Source: an uncultured Flavobacteriales bacterium (GTDB lineage Bacteria; Bacteroidota; Bacteroidia; Flavobacteriales; Flavobacteriaceae). Taken from it: 64,000 bases of DNA. The stretch spans positions 7,069 to 71,068 of the forward strand of contig CAJXYJ010000002.1 in NCBI GenBank assembly GCA_913063255.1, in the 5' to 3' direction. The notes beneath the pieces are model-generated. The model ran no database searches. It saw only the letters and a program-made list of their open reading frames with translations, and was not told where the DNA came from. The position numbers and the translations under genes were made by a program. This document shows positions 39,427 to 49,841 of this stretch, in pieces. The number at the start of each line of letters is the position of its first letter. Position 1 is the stretch's first letter.

Positions 39427-40191
39427 ATGGTAAAAATCTTTAGAAAAATTAGGCAAAACTTACTTTCTGAGAATAGAATTGGAAAATATTTACTTTATGC
39501 CATAGGAGAAATCATACTTGTTGTTTTAGGTATCTTAATTGCCGTACAAATAAATTCAGAGTTAACCAATAGAAAAAACAAGGTCATCGAATATGAAATT
39601 TTGGTGGATCTTAAAATAGAATTCAAGGCAAATTTACTAGAACTTGAAAAGGCAATTAAGATAAGCAATGATATTGCTTTTAATTCAAAAAAATTACTAA
39701 AAGCATGTTGGGATGATTACAAGCCTATTTCAGAAGATAGTCTGCGTTCACTTATTGGTTCTTCATTTATGTATTCTGAACAAGTATTTAAGTATGATAA
39801 CAGTGTACAATTAGAACTAATAAATACAGGAAAGCAATCTTTGATAAATAGTAAAGAAATAAGGGAATTTATTTCTTCTTGGAACAAACAATTAGAACTT
39901 GTGAAATATCAAGAAAAAGTGGTAGATCAATATCGCCAGCGTACAATAGATATATATCTAAATATAGGTAATAATGCAGTTTTAATGAATAAAGATGATG
40001 TTTCTAGTATGAATTCTAAACAGATTAGAACTAATTTACCACTTTTAGAATCTCTTCCATTTGAAAACGCACTTGGTATCTTTCAAGGTACCTCAAGACA
40101 TTTGGCAGTAGTAAAGTATAATAATATGAAAGAAAAGATTTCTGATGTTATCACTTTAATAGATACTTCACTTAGCAATTATCCTTTTTAA
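39427..40191 (+). CDS. DUF6090-like protein
   Basis: MVKIFRKIRQNLL...KYLLYAIGEIILVVLGILIAVQIN. Confidence 0.8.
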   Translation: MVKIFRKIRQNLLSENRIGKYLLYAIGEIILVVLGILIAVQINSELTNRKNKVIEYEILVDLKIEFKANLLELEKAIKISNDIAFNSKKLLKACWDDYKPISEDSLRSLIGSSFMYSEQVFKYDNSVQLELINTGKQSLINSKEIREFISSWNKQLELVKYQEKVVDQYRQRTIDIYLNIGNNAVLMNKDDVSSMNSKQIRTNLPLLESLPFENALGIFQGTSRHLAVVKYNNMKEKISDVITLIDTSLSNYPF

Positions 40192-40414
40192 AAACATTAA
40201 ATAAATTGTGTTTTCCTCCAAAGCTTAAGTAAATAAGGAGGATTTATGTTTTCACATATTTCTACACATAGCTACTCTATTATATCCAAAGAAAGACCTA
40301 AGCAATACATTACTTGTTATTTAAACAGAATTAACTGTTATTCAGCTAATTAAATATTTCAGCTATAGTAAATGTTATAATTTTAAGTATTACTAATCAC
40401 TAAATACAATCAAA

Positions 40415-41782
40415 ATGAAAACAAAACTATTTTTATTATTTATGGTATTTGTATGTTTTAATATAAACGCCCAATGGGAAGAAAATATAATTTCAACAGA
40501 TATCGGTCAATGCGGTTCGATTTATACCGCAGATTTTAACGGTGATGAATATATGGACGTTCTTTCTGTTTGTGGGGATTCTATAGATTGGTGGGAAAAC
40601 GATGGAGACGAAAATTTTGAACAACATAATATCTCAACAGATATAGATAGAGCCTATCAAGTATATGCCTTTGATATTGATTATGATAATGATATGGATG
40701 TGCTTTATCCTTCAAGAGATGATGATAAATTAGTTTGGCATGAAAACCTAGATGGCTTAGGAAATTTCGGGCCACAACAATTTATCACCGCCCAGGCAAA
40801 TACAGATGGAGCCAGATTTCTGGATGTAGCCGATTTAGATGGAGATGATAAACCGGATGTGATTTCCGCTTCTGCTTACGATAATAAAATTGCCTGGTAT
40901 AAAAATTTAGGAAATGGTGATTTTGGAGATATAAATACAAATCAACGTATCATTTCAGAGCCTGAAGAAGAAGCTATTTCAGTTCACGCTGTAGATATAG
41001 ATGGAGATGGAGATTTTGATGTAGCTGTTGCTTCATATGTGGGAGATGAAATAATTTGGTTTGAAAATGAACTAGAAACAGGAAATAGTTGGACAAGACA
41101 TTTAGTAGAATCTCAAAGGGATGCTGCAGCATCAGTATCTTCTGGAGATTTTAATAATGATGGCTATATGGACTTAGTTTCGGTATCTGATTTTGATCAT
41201 ACAATCAAGTGGCATGAAAATATTGATGGGGCAGGAACATTTGATAATCATTTAATAACTGATGAAGCATGGAGTGTAGTTTTTGTTTATGCAACTGATA
41301 TTGATGGAGATGGTGATCCAGATTTTCTCGCAGCACTTGCAAATGTTGATGAAGTAGTTGCGTATGTTAATGATGGAGATGGGAATTTTACAGAATGTAT
41401 TTTAACATCAAATGCTGATTTTGTTGTATCAGTTCACGCTGCAGATATTAATGATAATGGATTAATCGATGCGCTTTCTGCTTCGGTAAATGACAATAAA
41501 ATAGCATGGTATGAGAATGATAATGAGAAGTGTATATTATCAGTAAATGAAAATACTTTAATAGATTTTTCTATTTATCCAAATCCCGTTTCAGAATTAC
41601 TTATAATTTCTATTGCTGAAAATGTATTATTTGAAAAGGCAGTGATTTATTCTGTATTAGGAGAGAGGCTTTTAGAAACTTCAGAAAAGAACATCCATGT
41701 TTCCAATTTACCAACGGGATTGTATTTTATTCAACTATCTGTTGATGGTAAAACAGCTACTAAGAAGTTTATTAAAGAATAA
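40415..41782 (+). CDS. FG-GAP/VCBS repeat protein with T9SS sorting domain
   Basis: D.DGD...D / W.EN repeats; YPNP...GLYFI...KKFIKE. Confidence 0.9.
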   Translation: MKTKLFLLFMVFVCFNINAQWEENIISTDIGQCGSIYTADFNGDEYMDVLSVCGDSIDWWENDGDENFEQHNISTDIDRAYQVYAFDIDYDNDMDVLYPSRDDDKLVWHENLDGLGNFGPQQFITAQANTDGARFLDVADLDGDDKPDVISASAYDNKIAWYKNLGNGDFGDINTNQRIISEPEEEAISVHAVDIDGDGDFDVAVASYVGDEIIWFENELETGNSWTRHLVESQRDAAASVSSGDFNNDGYMDLVSVSDFDHTIKWHENIDGAGTFDNHLITDEAWSVVFVYATDIDGDGDPDFLAALANVDEVVAYVNDGDGNFTECILTSNADFVVSVHAADINDNGLIDALSASVNDNKIAWYENDNEKCILSVNENTLIDFSIYPNPVSELLIISIAENVLFEKAVIYSVLGERLLETSEKNIHVSNLPTGLYFIQLSVDGKTATKKFIKE

Positions 41783-41813
41783 TATTTAAGGTGTAAATAA
41801 GGTATTTACAAGT

Positions 41814-41836
41814 GAGTTATCGAGTCTCGTCCAAAC
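41814..41836 (+). repeat. Degenerate tRNA-Asp 3' (att) remnant
   Basis: GAGTTATCGAGTCTCGTCCAAAC versus tRNA TCGAGTCTCGTCCAGAC. Confidence 0.7.
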
Positions 41837-41963
41837 TAGAATCCTAATTTTAAATTTTAGCTCATATTCACCTTAAGAGTCTTACTTAAGGAGATAAGGA
41901 GCTTTTTCATGCCTAATAACTTTTTTTATGAGGGGGTAAAATCAACTAAAGTAATAAAGGATA

Positions 41964-43787
41964 TTAAAGTTTTATACCATTTACAAAATACATTTTCATA
42001 ACCCCTCTATTCTTTACTTCTATTGTTCCTCTATATTCACAATCAAATTTACCTTTAATCAACTCATATGTGTATTCTGACACATTAATTTTCCCTGACT
42101 CTGAAGATGATTCCATGCGCGAAGCAATATTTACCGTATCTCCCCAAATGTCATAAGCAAATTTTTTAGTTCCTACGACACCAGCAACCACTGAACCTGT
42201 ATTAATCCCAATACGAATATCAAAACGGGTTTCATTTTTAAAATTTGTTTTTTTTGCCACATTAACAAACTCAACTATTTCAAAAGCAGCAAGTACCATC
42301 TTAATCGCATGATCCTTTTTATGATAATGTAAGCCTCCAGCACACATATAAGAATCCCCAATTGTTTTTATTTTTTCTAAGTTGTGTTTTTCCATTATTT
42401 TATCAAACTCTGAAAAATAATAATCAACACTTTGCACCAATTTTTCTGGAGATAAATTTTCTGCATAACCTGTAAATCCTTCAAAATCTGTAAATAATAC
42501 CGTTATAGATTCAAACTTTTGGGCTTTTACCTTACCGCTTTGCTTTAATTCTTGAGCTGTTTCTTTAGGAAGGATATTAAGCAATAGGTTTTCAGATCGA
42601 TCCTTTTCCTCTTCAATAATAATATTGGTTTCCTTTATAAAATGGTAGCGTCTATATAATCCATAGGCAAGTATAACTAATAGAAGTAAGGCAATAATTG
42701 TTGCTATAACAATGGTTTTCTGATTTCTTTTTTGCTGATTGAGCAAATCCACTTCTACTTGCTTTTGTGAAACTTCATAATCATGACGAAGATTAGCCAT
42801 TTCCCTCTCAAGTTCAATGCTAGGGACACTATCTCTATAAACAATATGGTTACTTAAATATTTGTTTGATTCTTGGTAGTTACCAGTATGCTTATATAAT
42901 TCTGAAAGTTTCAGATTGGTATCACTTACTTGTTTTTTTAGCCCATATTTTTGTGCTAGTCGCAGGCTCCTATGCGCATAATCTAAAGCAATGGTCCAAT
43001 CATTCTGCTTTGCATAGATATCAGACATAGCTACCAGGTATTCCGAAATAGCATAATAGTCCTCAAATTCCTCTAGAATTTTTAATGCCTCACTAATATT
43101 AGCCTTTGCCAAGTCATCTTTCCCCTGCTGGGCATATACCTTTCCAATATTACCTAGGGTATAGGCTGTGCCAATTAAGTAATCTGCATTCTTGAAGAGT
43201 TGTTCCGCCTCTTCAAAATTTTGTAAAGCTAAATCATAACTTTTGATCTTCACATAATGGTCTCCTGCGTTGTATAAAGCGGTCCCTAAAGAAACAGAAT
43301 CATTAGTCATTCTTAACAACTGGATTGCTTTATCGTAATAGCTTTGTGCGTTTCTAGAGTTTCCAATTACAGAATACATGTCTGCGATTGCCATATTGGC
43401 GAATCCTTCACCAGCAATATATTCTGCTTTAATTGCTGCTTCTCTGCCCATAAAAAAAGCTTCCAACGCAAGTGTTGGATTTCCAGCTACTCTATTTGCA
43501 TTTCCTTTTTGATGATAGCCTCTATACAAGTACAAATAATTATCTTCTAACTTGGAGAGTGCTATAAGTTCATCGGCATATTTTATGGCTAATTCAAGAT
43601 TACGTACCTCGTTAAAAGATAAATTACCAAGTAATTCAAGTTTTGCAGAACCTTCCAGTTGATCCTCTTGATAAATTTTGACAAGACTATCTGCAATTCT
43701 TTGATCCTGAGCGAAACCACTTAAACACTGAAGATAAAAAAAACATATAACAAAACAGATTTTATCGAAATATTTGAATGCCTTCAA
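41964..43787 (-). CDS. TPR-sensor transmembrane adenylate cyclase (class III)
   Basis: TPR repeats, TM helix, LLLNILP, VLFTDFEGFT, KIKTIGDSYM, YDIWGDTVNIASR. Confidence 0.93.
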   Translation of the reverse strand: MKAFKYFDKICFVICFFYLQCLSGFAQDQRIADSLVKIYQEDQLEGSAKLELLGNLSFNEVRNLELAIKYADELIALSKLEDNYLYLYRGYHQKGNANRVAGNPTLALEAFFMGREAAIKAEYIAGEGFANMAIADMYSVIGNSRNAQSYYDKAIQLLRMTNDSVSLGTALYNAGDHYVKIKSYDLALQNFEEAEQLFKNADYLIGTAYTLGNIGKVYAQQGKDDLAKANISEALKILEEFEDYYAISEYLVAMSDIYAKQNDWTIALDYAHRSLRLAQKYGLKKQVSDTNLKLSELYKHTGNYQESNKYLSNHIVYRDSVPSIELEREMANLRHDYEVSQKQVEVDLLNQQKRNQKTIVIATIIALLLLVILAYGLYRRYHFIKETNIIIEEEKDRSENLLLNILPKETAQELKQSGKVKAQKFESITVLFTDFEGFTGYAENLSPEKLVQSVDYYFSEFDKIMEKHNLEKIKTIGDSYMCAGGLHYHKKDHAIKMVLAAFEIVEFVNVAKKTNFKNETRFDIRIGINTGSVVAGVVGTKKFAYDIWGDTVNIASRMESSSESGKINVSEYTYELIKGKFDCEYRGTIEVKNRGVMKMYFVNGIKL

Positions 43788-43792
43788 ATCAA

Positions 43793-44251
43793 TTAATTAT
43801 AACCCTTTAATTTTGGATCAATTGTAAATGTTTTAGTATCACTATTTTTTTTACGGATTGAGAATGTGATCATATAAGTTTCTTCTTCTTCTTCTACAGT
43901 ATCATCTCCACACTCCTTTACTTTAGCATTTGTTTTTTTACTTTTATCCTTTCTTTTATTTTTTTTATTAGCTAACACTTCGATACCATATTCATAATCT
44001 ATAGAATCAATTATAATAGAATAATCTTTCTCTTTGAACTGTCCCAATTCATTCAATGTATAGCCCTCCCAAGTCGCCCACTTGCCATAATATACAGTTG
44101 ATACAAAATCCTCGATATTTGTACCTGATGGAATACATCCGTTATTATCATCCTTTAGTTCACAATTAGCATTAACGTTTACAGGATTGTTAGCTAAGGG
44201 ATAAAGTACGTGGGCATCAACACCCAATTTGATTAATACATCTTTTGCCAT
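43793..44251 (-). CDS. Hypothetical protein directly upstream of the cyclase
   Basis: 152 aa, ends 5 bp before the cyclase start; C-terminal FTIDPKL. Confidence 0.65.
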   Translation of the reverse strand: MAKDVLIKLGVDAHVLYPLANNPVNVNANCELKDDNNGCIPSGTNIEDFVSTVYYGKWATWEGYTLNELGQFKEKDYSIIIDSIDYEYGIEVLANKKNKRKDKSKKTNAKVKECGDDTVEEEEETYMITFSIRKKNSDTKTFTIDPKLKGYN

Positions 44252-44539
44252 AATTTTTTAATTAGTTAATTAATAATAATTTTTAGCAGGTAATTTTTTA
44301 AAGAAGTGAGGAGTTTTTAAAAAATACTTTTTAGTAGTGATTTTTAATTAGTAGGTAATTTTTAAAAAGAAGTGAGGATATATAATATACTCCTAGTATT
44401 AATTTAATAAAGAAGATATGTAAGATAGGGTTTTATTTTAAGATATGAAAATAACACACTAATATATAGCGTTTTATAAAGTTACATTTATAAGTTTCAA
44501 GAAATTTAATTTGAACTTTATCCCCTTTAATTTATTATA

Positions 44540-44651
44540 AGATTTATGTGGTTTAACTAATTTGATAAATTCAAGTATTAATCTAATTTAAATAGAGAAT
44601 AATTTATATAACCCAAGCCAACAAGACATTATTGATGGTAATTGTAGCTTG
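44540..44651 (+). pseudogene. 3' remnant of a cadherin-LRR lipoprotein gene
   Basis: Aligns to 53216-53330 (DLCGLTNLINS...NLYNP.QQDIIDGNCS) with an internal stop. Confidence 0.85.
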
Positions 44652-44711
44652 TATAAAGGGTATTAAAAATAAATGACACTTATAATCATTAGATGAAATA
44701 AGGCTTTAGGC

Positions 44712-45014
44712 GAGAGTTCTCGAGTCTCGTCCAGACCAGAACTGAGCGTGAAGAAAACATCCAGTGGATGTTTTAAGCGAAGGGGCCAAATGGCGCGTTG
44801 GCCGTTTAAAATGTTGTACCTGACCGCCGAAGTGAAACGAAGGAGGTTTGTGACACAAAAATGTGTCGCTAGGTTTATGTTTTAAAATGATAAGAATCCC
44901 TGCCTGTCGGCAGGCATGTTGTCCATTTGCGCTGCACTGAGCTTGCCTATACTGTGCTTGTCGAAGTGGATAGGTTTTTTTGTTTTATATCCAATTCTTC
45001 CAAATATTCCATTT
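44712..45014 (+). repeat. tRNA 3' duplicate plus structured motif copy 6 carrying four small inserts
   Basis: TCGAGTCTCGTCCAGACC, ~70-bp palindromic insert, AAAATGTTGT[insert]TTGTGACACAAAAATGTGTCGCTAGGTTTATG, CCTGCCTGTCGGCAGGC, and a REP-like unit in the terminator loop. Confidence 0.9.
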
Positions 45015-45148
45015 ACCAAGTTATTTCATCTAAAAAGGTATTCATTTAAGTGAATTATCCTTACTTAAAGGCCGCATTTAATCCACATATTATTGTTAGC
45101 CATTAAAGAAATTTTCTTATTGGAAATACTTTTTTGTACCTTTAAAAC

Positions 45149-45997
45149 ATGAATAATAAAGTTATGAATAATAGAAAACAGTGGTTTGGTTTATTGTTAA
45201 TTTTAGGATTAATGATTAGCTGTCAAGACGATAATGATAACCAATCATATGGTGAAGAGTTAAACTCTAGGATTCAATTAAAATTGGTTGATGCCCCAGG
45301 TGATTATTTAGAAGTGAATGTAATAATAAATGATATTAAGTACAATTCTTCAGAAGATGAGGGTGGATGGATAAGTTTTGGTGAGCCAGAAGATTATCCT
45401 ATAGGAGTTGATTTAACTGAACTAATTGCAGGAAATAGTCTGCTACTTGTAGATGAAGTAATTCCCTCTGGAGAATTAAAACAAATTCGTTTGATACTAG
45501 GTGAGGGGAATACCTTGGTTATTGAAGATGAAAATGCTAATCCATATACCGTTCCACTTAACACACCTAGTGCTCAGCAATCTGGATTAAAACTTAAACT
45601 TGATACTTTTTTAGAACCTAATTTTACCTATGTATATATTTTAGATTGGGATGTTAATGAATCTATTGTTGAAGCAGGAAACTCTGGAAATTATAATTTG
45701 CATCCGGTAATAAATGTAATTGCGCAAGTAAATTCTGGGTCTATTTCTGGTATTGTAATGGATGATTTGACACCTATACCAGATGCTGTTATCGAAGTGT
45801 TTGCAATTAATGATGAATATGTGACATCTACAATAACTAACGATCTGGGAGAATTTTTAATAAATGGACTCGTTGAGGGAGAGTATATTTTAAAAATAGT
45901 AGAGATAGGTTATGTACCCTATGTTTCACCAATACTAATCAATGTTGCCAATGGAGTAATCTCAGATGCTGGAACAATTATACTTACACCTTTGTAA
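45149..45997 (+). CDS. DUF4382 lipoprotein with C-terminal carboxypeptidase-regulatory-like domain
   Basis: MISC lipobox; LVDAPGDY.EVNV, QIRLILG, LNTPSAQQSGLKL, GSISG.V. Confidence 0.85.
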   Translation: MNNKVMNNRKQWFGLLLILGLMISCQDDNDNQSYGEELNSRIQLKLVDAPGDYLEVNVIINDIKYNSSEDEGGWISFGEPEDYPIGVDLTELIAGNSLLLVDEVIPSGELKQIRLILGEGNTLVIEDENANPYTVPLNTPSAQQSGLKLKLDTFLEPNFTYVYILDWDVNESIVEAGNSGNYNLHPVINVIAQVNSGSISGIVMDDLTPIPDAVIEVFAINDEYVTSTITNDLGEFLINGLVEGEYILKIVEIGYVPYVSPILINVANGVISDAGTIILTPL

Positions 45998-46040
45998 TTT
46001 TTAAGATAATAATTAATAAAGAGATTATCCGCTTGTATTA

Positions 46041-46150
46041 CTCTGAGTTTGGCTGCACTGAGCTTGCCTGTACTGAGTTTGCCTGTACTGAGCTTATCGA
46101 AGTATCGAAGTGGATGGAAATTTTTGTTTTAGAGAGATTCTTATCTAAAC
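46041..46150 (+). repeat. Nested REP-like cluster plus motif flank
   Basis: Multiple CTGAG(C/T)TTGCCTGTA units ending TCGAAGTATCGAAGTGG, then GAGATTCTTATCTAAA as at 5834-5849. Confidence 0.75.
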
Positions 46151-46197
46151 GTCAAATGCTAACTTACTTTCTTCAATAAAGACTTCTTTAGGGGTAA

Positions 46198-46243
46198 AAT
46201 AGAAACCAGCCTAACTTTAACTAAAGTTAGGCTGGTTTCTATT
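46198..46243. terminator. Long perfect hairpin between convergent genes
   Basis: AATAGAAACCAGCCTAACTTTA-AC-TAAAGTTAGGCTGGTTTCTATT. Confidence 0.75.
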
Positions 46244-46259
46244 AAAATTCAAGCAATTT

Positions 46260-47411
46260 TCACTCCCTATTTATGATAATAGTTTTTGATTCTGATATTC
46301 CTTTGGCCGAAACCACAAGCTCATATATTCCAGTATTTAAGCCATCTAATGCTAGTGAGTATGTACCATTAATTTTTTGCTTATTCTTCTCAAGGGCTAA
46401 GTTACCGTTGTTAAGGTCGTAAATTCTAATGGTATAATGAACGTTTTTATTTTCACCCGAATTTGTTTCAATGTTAATGTAATCTGAAGCTGGATTTGGG
46501 TAGCTAACTATGCTCAAAGGTGTAGCTTTATTTTGTGAGCCATGGCCATCTCCATTTGTAATTTTTCTAATATTTCCATAACCACTGAACTCAGAAACAT
46601 ATAAGGTGTTCCCAGATTTATTTGCAATAATTCCGGCAGGATAAGCATATGTAGCCTCCGAGATATTACCATCTGTATCGCCATAGGTACTTCCCGAATA
46701 AATTTCTACATCATCAACGTGACGAGGGTCAATTTTATAAATTTTATGCTCTCCATATACGGTACCATACAAGAATCCTTGTGCATAGGCTATAAAAGCT
46801 AAATAAGGTACATGATTATTAGGTGCGGGAACTGTGGCAACATACTCCACTTCATCTTCCCCAAGCGGCAATCGGTAGATTTCTCTTCCAATATAGTTTC
46901 CAATATACAAATCGCCATGGGGACCATATGCTAGGCCAACAGGAATATTAAGAGGCCCTCCTTGGTATAAAACGCGAATAGATCCATCTGCAGATAATTC
47001 ATTTATACTATTATCCCCTACATTGGTATAAATCATATTGTCACTTTTATAGGCTTTAATTAGTCCGGAGGGATAACCACTACCAATAGATAGTTTTTCA
47101 ATAAGATTACCATTATTGTCATATTTATTTATGGATGCGTTAAGATATTCGGCGACATAAATATTGTCTTCAGAATCCACTGCCAAACCATTTGCCCAAG
47201 CCAAGTCTGTAACAAACGGTGTTGAGGTTCCATCGGGAGTAATTTTGTAAACTGTACCTCCATAAAAGGTGGATCCATATAGATTTCCTTGTGAGTCGAG
47301 TGTCATTGCATCATCTACTGTGGCATCATTTGCGTTTAAAAATGTAGTGACTGTCTGTGAATGTGTGCCAATTGTTATAAAGGCAATTAATAATGTGTAA
47401 ATAAGTTTCAT
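46260..47411 (-). CDS. NHL/beta-propeller protein with T9SS sorting domain
   Basis: GLAVDSEDNIYVAE-type blades; YPNPASDYINI...GIYELVV. Confidence 0.85.
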   Translation of the reverse strand: MKLIYTLLIAFITIGTHSQTVTTFLNANDATVDDAMTLDSQGNLYGSTFYGGTVYKITPDGTSTPFVTDLAWANGLAVDSEDNIYVAEYLNASINKYDNNGNLIEKLSIGSGYPSGLIKAYKSDNMIYTNVGDNSINELSADGSIRVLYQGGPLNIPVGLAYGPHGDLYIGNYIGREIYRLPLGEDEVEYVATVPAPNNHVPYLAFIAYAQGFLYGTVYGEHKIYKIDPRHVDDVEIYSGSTYGDTDGNISEATYAYPAGIIANKSGNTLYVSEFSGYGNIRKITNGDGHGSQNKATPLSIVSYPNPASDYINIETNSGENKNVHYTIRIYDLNNGNLALEKNKQKINGTYSLALDGLNTGIYELVVSAKGISESKTIIINRE

Positions 47412-47684
47412 GTTTCTTTCTTTTAAATTAGTATTATTTATTGCTTATTATCGATAGGAGATTTTTTTATTAGATCTCATTAAATCAATAGCAATAAAGT
47501 TATGATTGATGCTTAAATGTAGATATACTGCTCTTACAACCAACAATTTTGGTGTGGTCTGATAGTATTTTGTGGTAGATTACTGAAATTAAGTTGTCAA
47601 TGACTTTTGATTTCCAACCGAAAATAAAATTAGTGTGAATTACTAATATTTTTATCTATATTGACCTAATAAAAGTATATTCTA

Positions 47685-48473
47685 TTGGTTTCTAATATGA
47701 AAATATCCACCCTTATAATTGATGATGAGCCTTTAGCAAGAGCTATGATTGAAAGGCTTTTACTATCAAGAACTGAATTCGAAATTATTGGGCAATGTGG
47801 AACAGGAAAACAGTCTATTGATATGATTAATACCTATAAGCCCGATTTAATATTTCTAGACATTAAGTTGAAAGACATGACCGGCTTTGATGTATTGGAA
47901 GCCTTATCGGTTAAATTTCCTATCGTAATTTTTGCAACTGCGTTTGACACTTATTCGCTTAAAGCATTTGAATACTTTGCATTTGATTATCTACTGAAAC
48001 CATTTAGCGAAGAACGATTCTATAAATCTATCAATAAAGTGATTGAAACCTTTAAATCTGCGGATAACGACAACATACAAAGTAAGATTTATTCTCTTTT
48101 AGAATACATGCAACCAAAGGTAGAAACAACTAACACTTCACAGAAAACAATACCAATTCCATTAAAGAATAAAACCATATTTATTAAAACGGATGAAATT
48201 TTATATGTAATGGCATCCAATAGCTATGTTGAAATATTCACAAAAGACAACAAATATTTACTGCGTAATACCATCTCAAATATCCAAGAAGAGTTATCTA
48301 GTCCATTATTTTTTAGAATCCACCGCTCTACAATTATAAACCTAGAATTTATTAAAGAACTTATACATTCAGATTATGGTGAAGTGGATGTTCGAATGAA
48401 GGATATGCAGCAGTTTAGAATAAGTAGAAGTTATAAAAAAGAATTTCTAACTAAAATAGGCTTGAGAAAATGA
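47685..48473 (+). CDS. LytTR family response regulator
   Basis: IIDDEPLAR, DLIFLDI, DYLLKP, FFRIHRS. Confidence 0.95.
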   Translation: MVSNMKISTLIIDDEPLARAMIERLLLSRTEFEIIGQCGTGKQSIDMINTYKPDLIFLDIKLKDMTGFDVLEALSVKFPIVIFATAFDTYSLKAFEYFAFDYLLKPFSEERFYKSINKVIETFKSADNDNIQSKIYSLLEYMQPKVETTNTSQKTIPIPLKNKTIFIKTDEILYVMASNSYVEIFTKDNKYLLRNTISNIQEELSSPLFFRIHRSTIINLEFIKELIHSDYGEVDVRMKDMQQFRISRSYKKEFLTKIGLRK

Positions 48474-49558
48474 GGAAGATATTAGACAAGAATTTATTCT
48501 ACATATTATTTGGATATGCTTTTACATATCTTATTTATACCTCCATAAAAGGAACGATTTTAAAATTAATGGATTCCGTTGCTTTTGCCGAAATTAGTTG
48601 GAAGGAAGTGCTATTTGATCAAGTAATAGCAAACATTTTCATTATGCCTCCTACTATAATTATAATTATACTAATTACAAGATTTCTGTTTAATAGGCAT
48701 TATAATTGGAAAGCTGTTATTGTCATCCATTTTATATTTTCAATAATCTACATTCTCATTATCTACTTCTTGTCTTATGCTTATCAGATATTTACAGATC
48801 AGAGGAGTATTGAATCTATCAATACCAAGGATTTTATTGTGGATGTAGTTTCCAATTCAAATCTACATTTCCTAGGTTATATTGGCTTTGTTAGTATAAT
48901 ATACTGTTATTATTACATAAATGAGAATGTAAAGATAAAATTGCAAAAAACACAACTCTCGCAACAATTAACTAGTGTAAAGCTAGAAATGTTGAAAGCT
49001 CAATTGAATCCGCATTTCTTGTTCAACACCCTACACAGTATTTCGTCATTGGTAAAACAAGATCCAAACAAAGCTCAAAATATGCTTGTTTCGCTAGGAG
49101 ACTTATTAAGAGAAATTATTTTTATTAATCACGAGGATAAAATTACATTGAACAAAGAAATAGATATCTTAAAAAAGTATATAGATATTATGCTTATCCG
49201 GTTTTCCGACCATTTATCTATTGATATAAATATTAGTGATGAAGTAGAAATGGCTTTGGTTCCAAGTTTGTTGACACAACCTATTATTGAAAACTCTTTA
49301 AAGTATGGCTATTCTTCAAACCATACGAATCTGCATATAAATATTAGTGTTATTAAAACGAATAAAAAACTAATTATTCGAATTGATAATAATGGCAAGG
49401 CTCTAGAAAAGAATCAAGAAATCGCCTTGGGTACTGGAATCAGAAATATTAAAGAACGCCTTGAAACCTTATATGGTTCAGATTACAGTTTTAGCTTCTC
49501 CTCATTAGATCACAATAAAGGGGTGGTAACCATAATTAAAATTCCATTTCAGGTATAG
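48470..49558 (+). CDS. LytS/YehU-type sensor histidine kinase
   Basis: TM helices, LKAQLNPHFLFNTL, QPIIENSLKYG, GTGIRNIKERL. Confidence 0.95.
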   Translation: MRKILDKNLFYILFGYAFTYLIYTSIKGTILKLMDSVAFAEISWKEVLFDQVIANIFIMPPTIIIIILITRFLFNRHYNWKAVIVIHFIFSIIYILIIYFLSYAYQIFTDQRSIESINTKDFIVDVVSNSNLHFLGYIGFVSIIYCYYYINENVKIKLQKTQLSQQLTSVKLEMLKAQLNPHFLFNTLHSISSLVKQDPNKAQNMLVSLGDLLREIIFINHEDKITLNKEIDILKKYIDIMLIRFSDHLSIDINISDEVEMALVPSLLTQPIIENSLKYGYSSNHTNLHINISVIKTNKKLIIRIDNNGKALEKNQEIALGTGIRNIKERLETLYGSDYSFSFSSLDHNKGVVTIIKIPFQV

Positions 49559-49841
49559 CTTTAGATATTTTTTTGTTTTATATCAATTCTTCAAAATATC
49601 CCATTTTATACCTTAAAAAGGGACATTATTCGGGATATCTAAAATCTTCTATGGATACTATTATTTCTGTTTTTTTTGTAAGAAAAATTGTACTATTTTC
49701 GCATCCTCCCTAATTAATATGAAGCATTTTATTATCATTAGCTCTAGATTATTTAAAAGCTAGTGTGTCTGGTATTTATACAATATTAAATACAGATAAA
49801 ATAGTATTAATTATTATCTTCGTGCAGCTAAAATCCTACTT

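Noticed and set aside
5709-46150. Recurring repeats as a CRISPR array
   Set aside because: Spacing is kilobase-scale and irregular, the intervals hold whole genes, and no cas genes were recognised.
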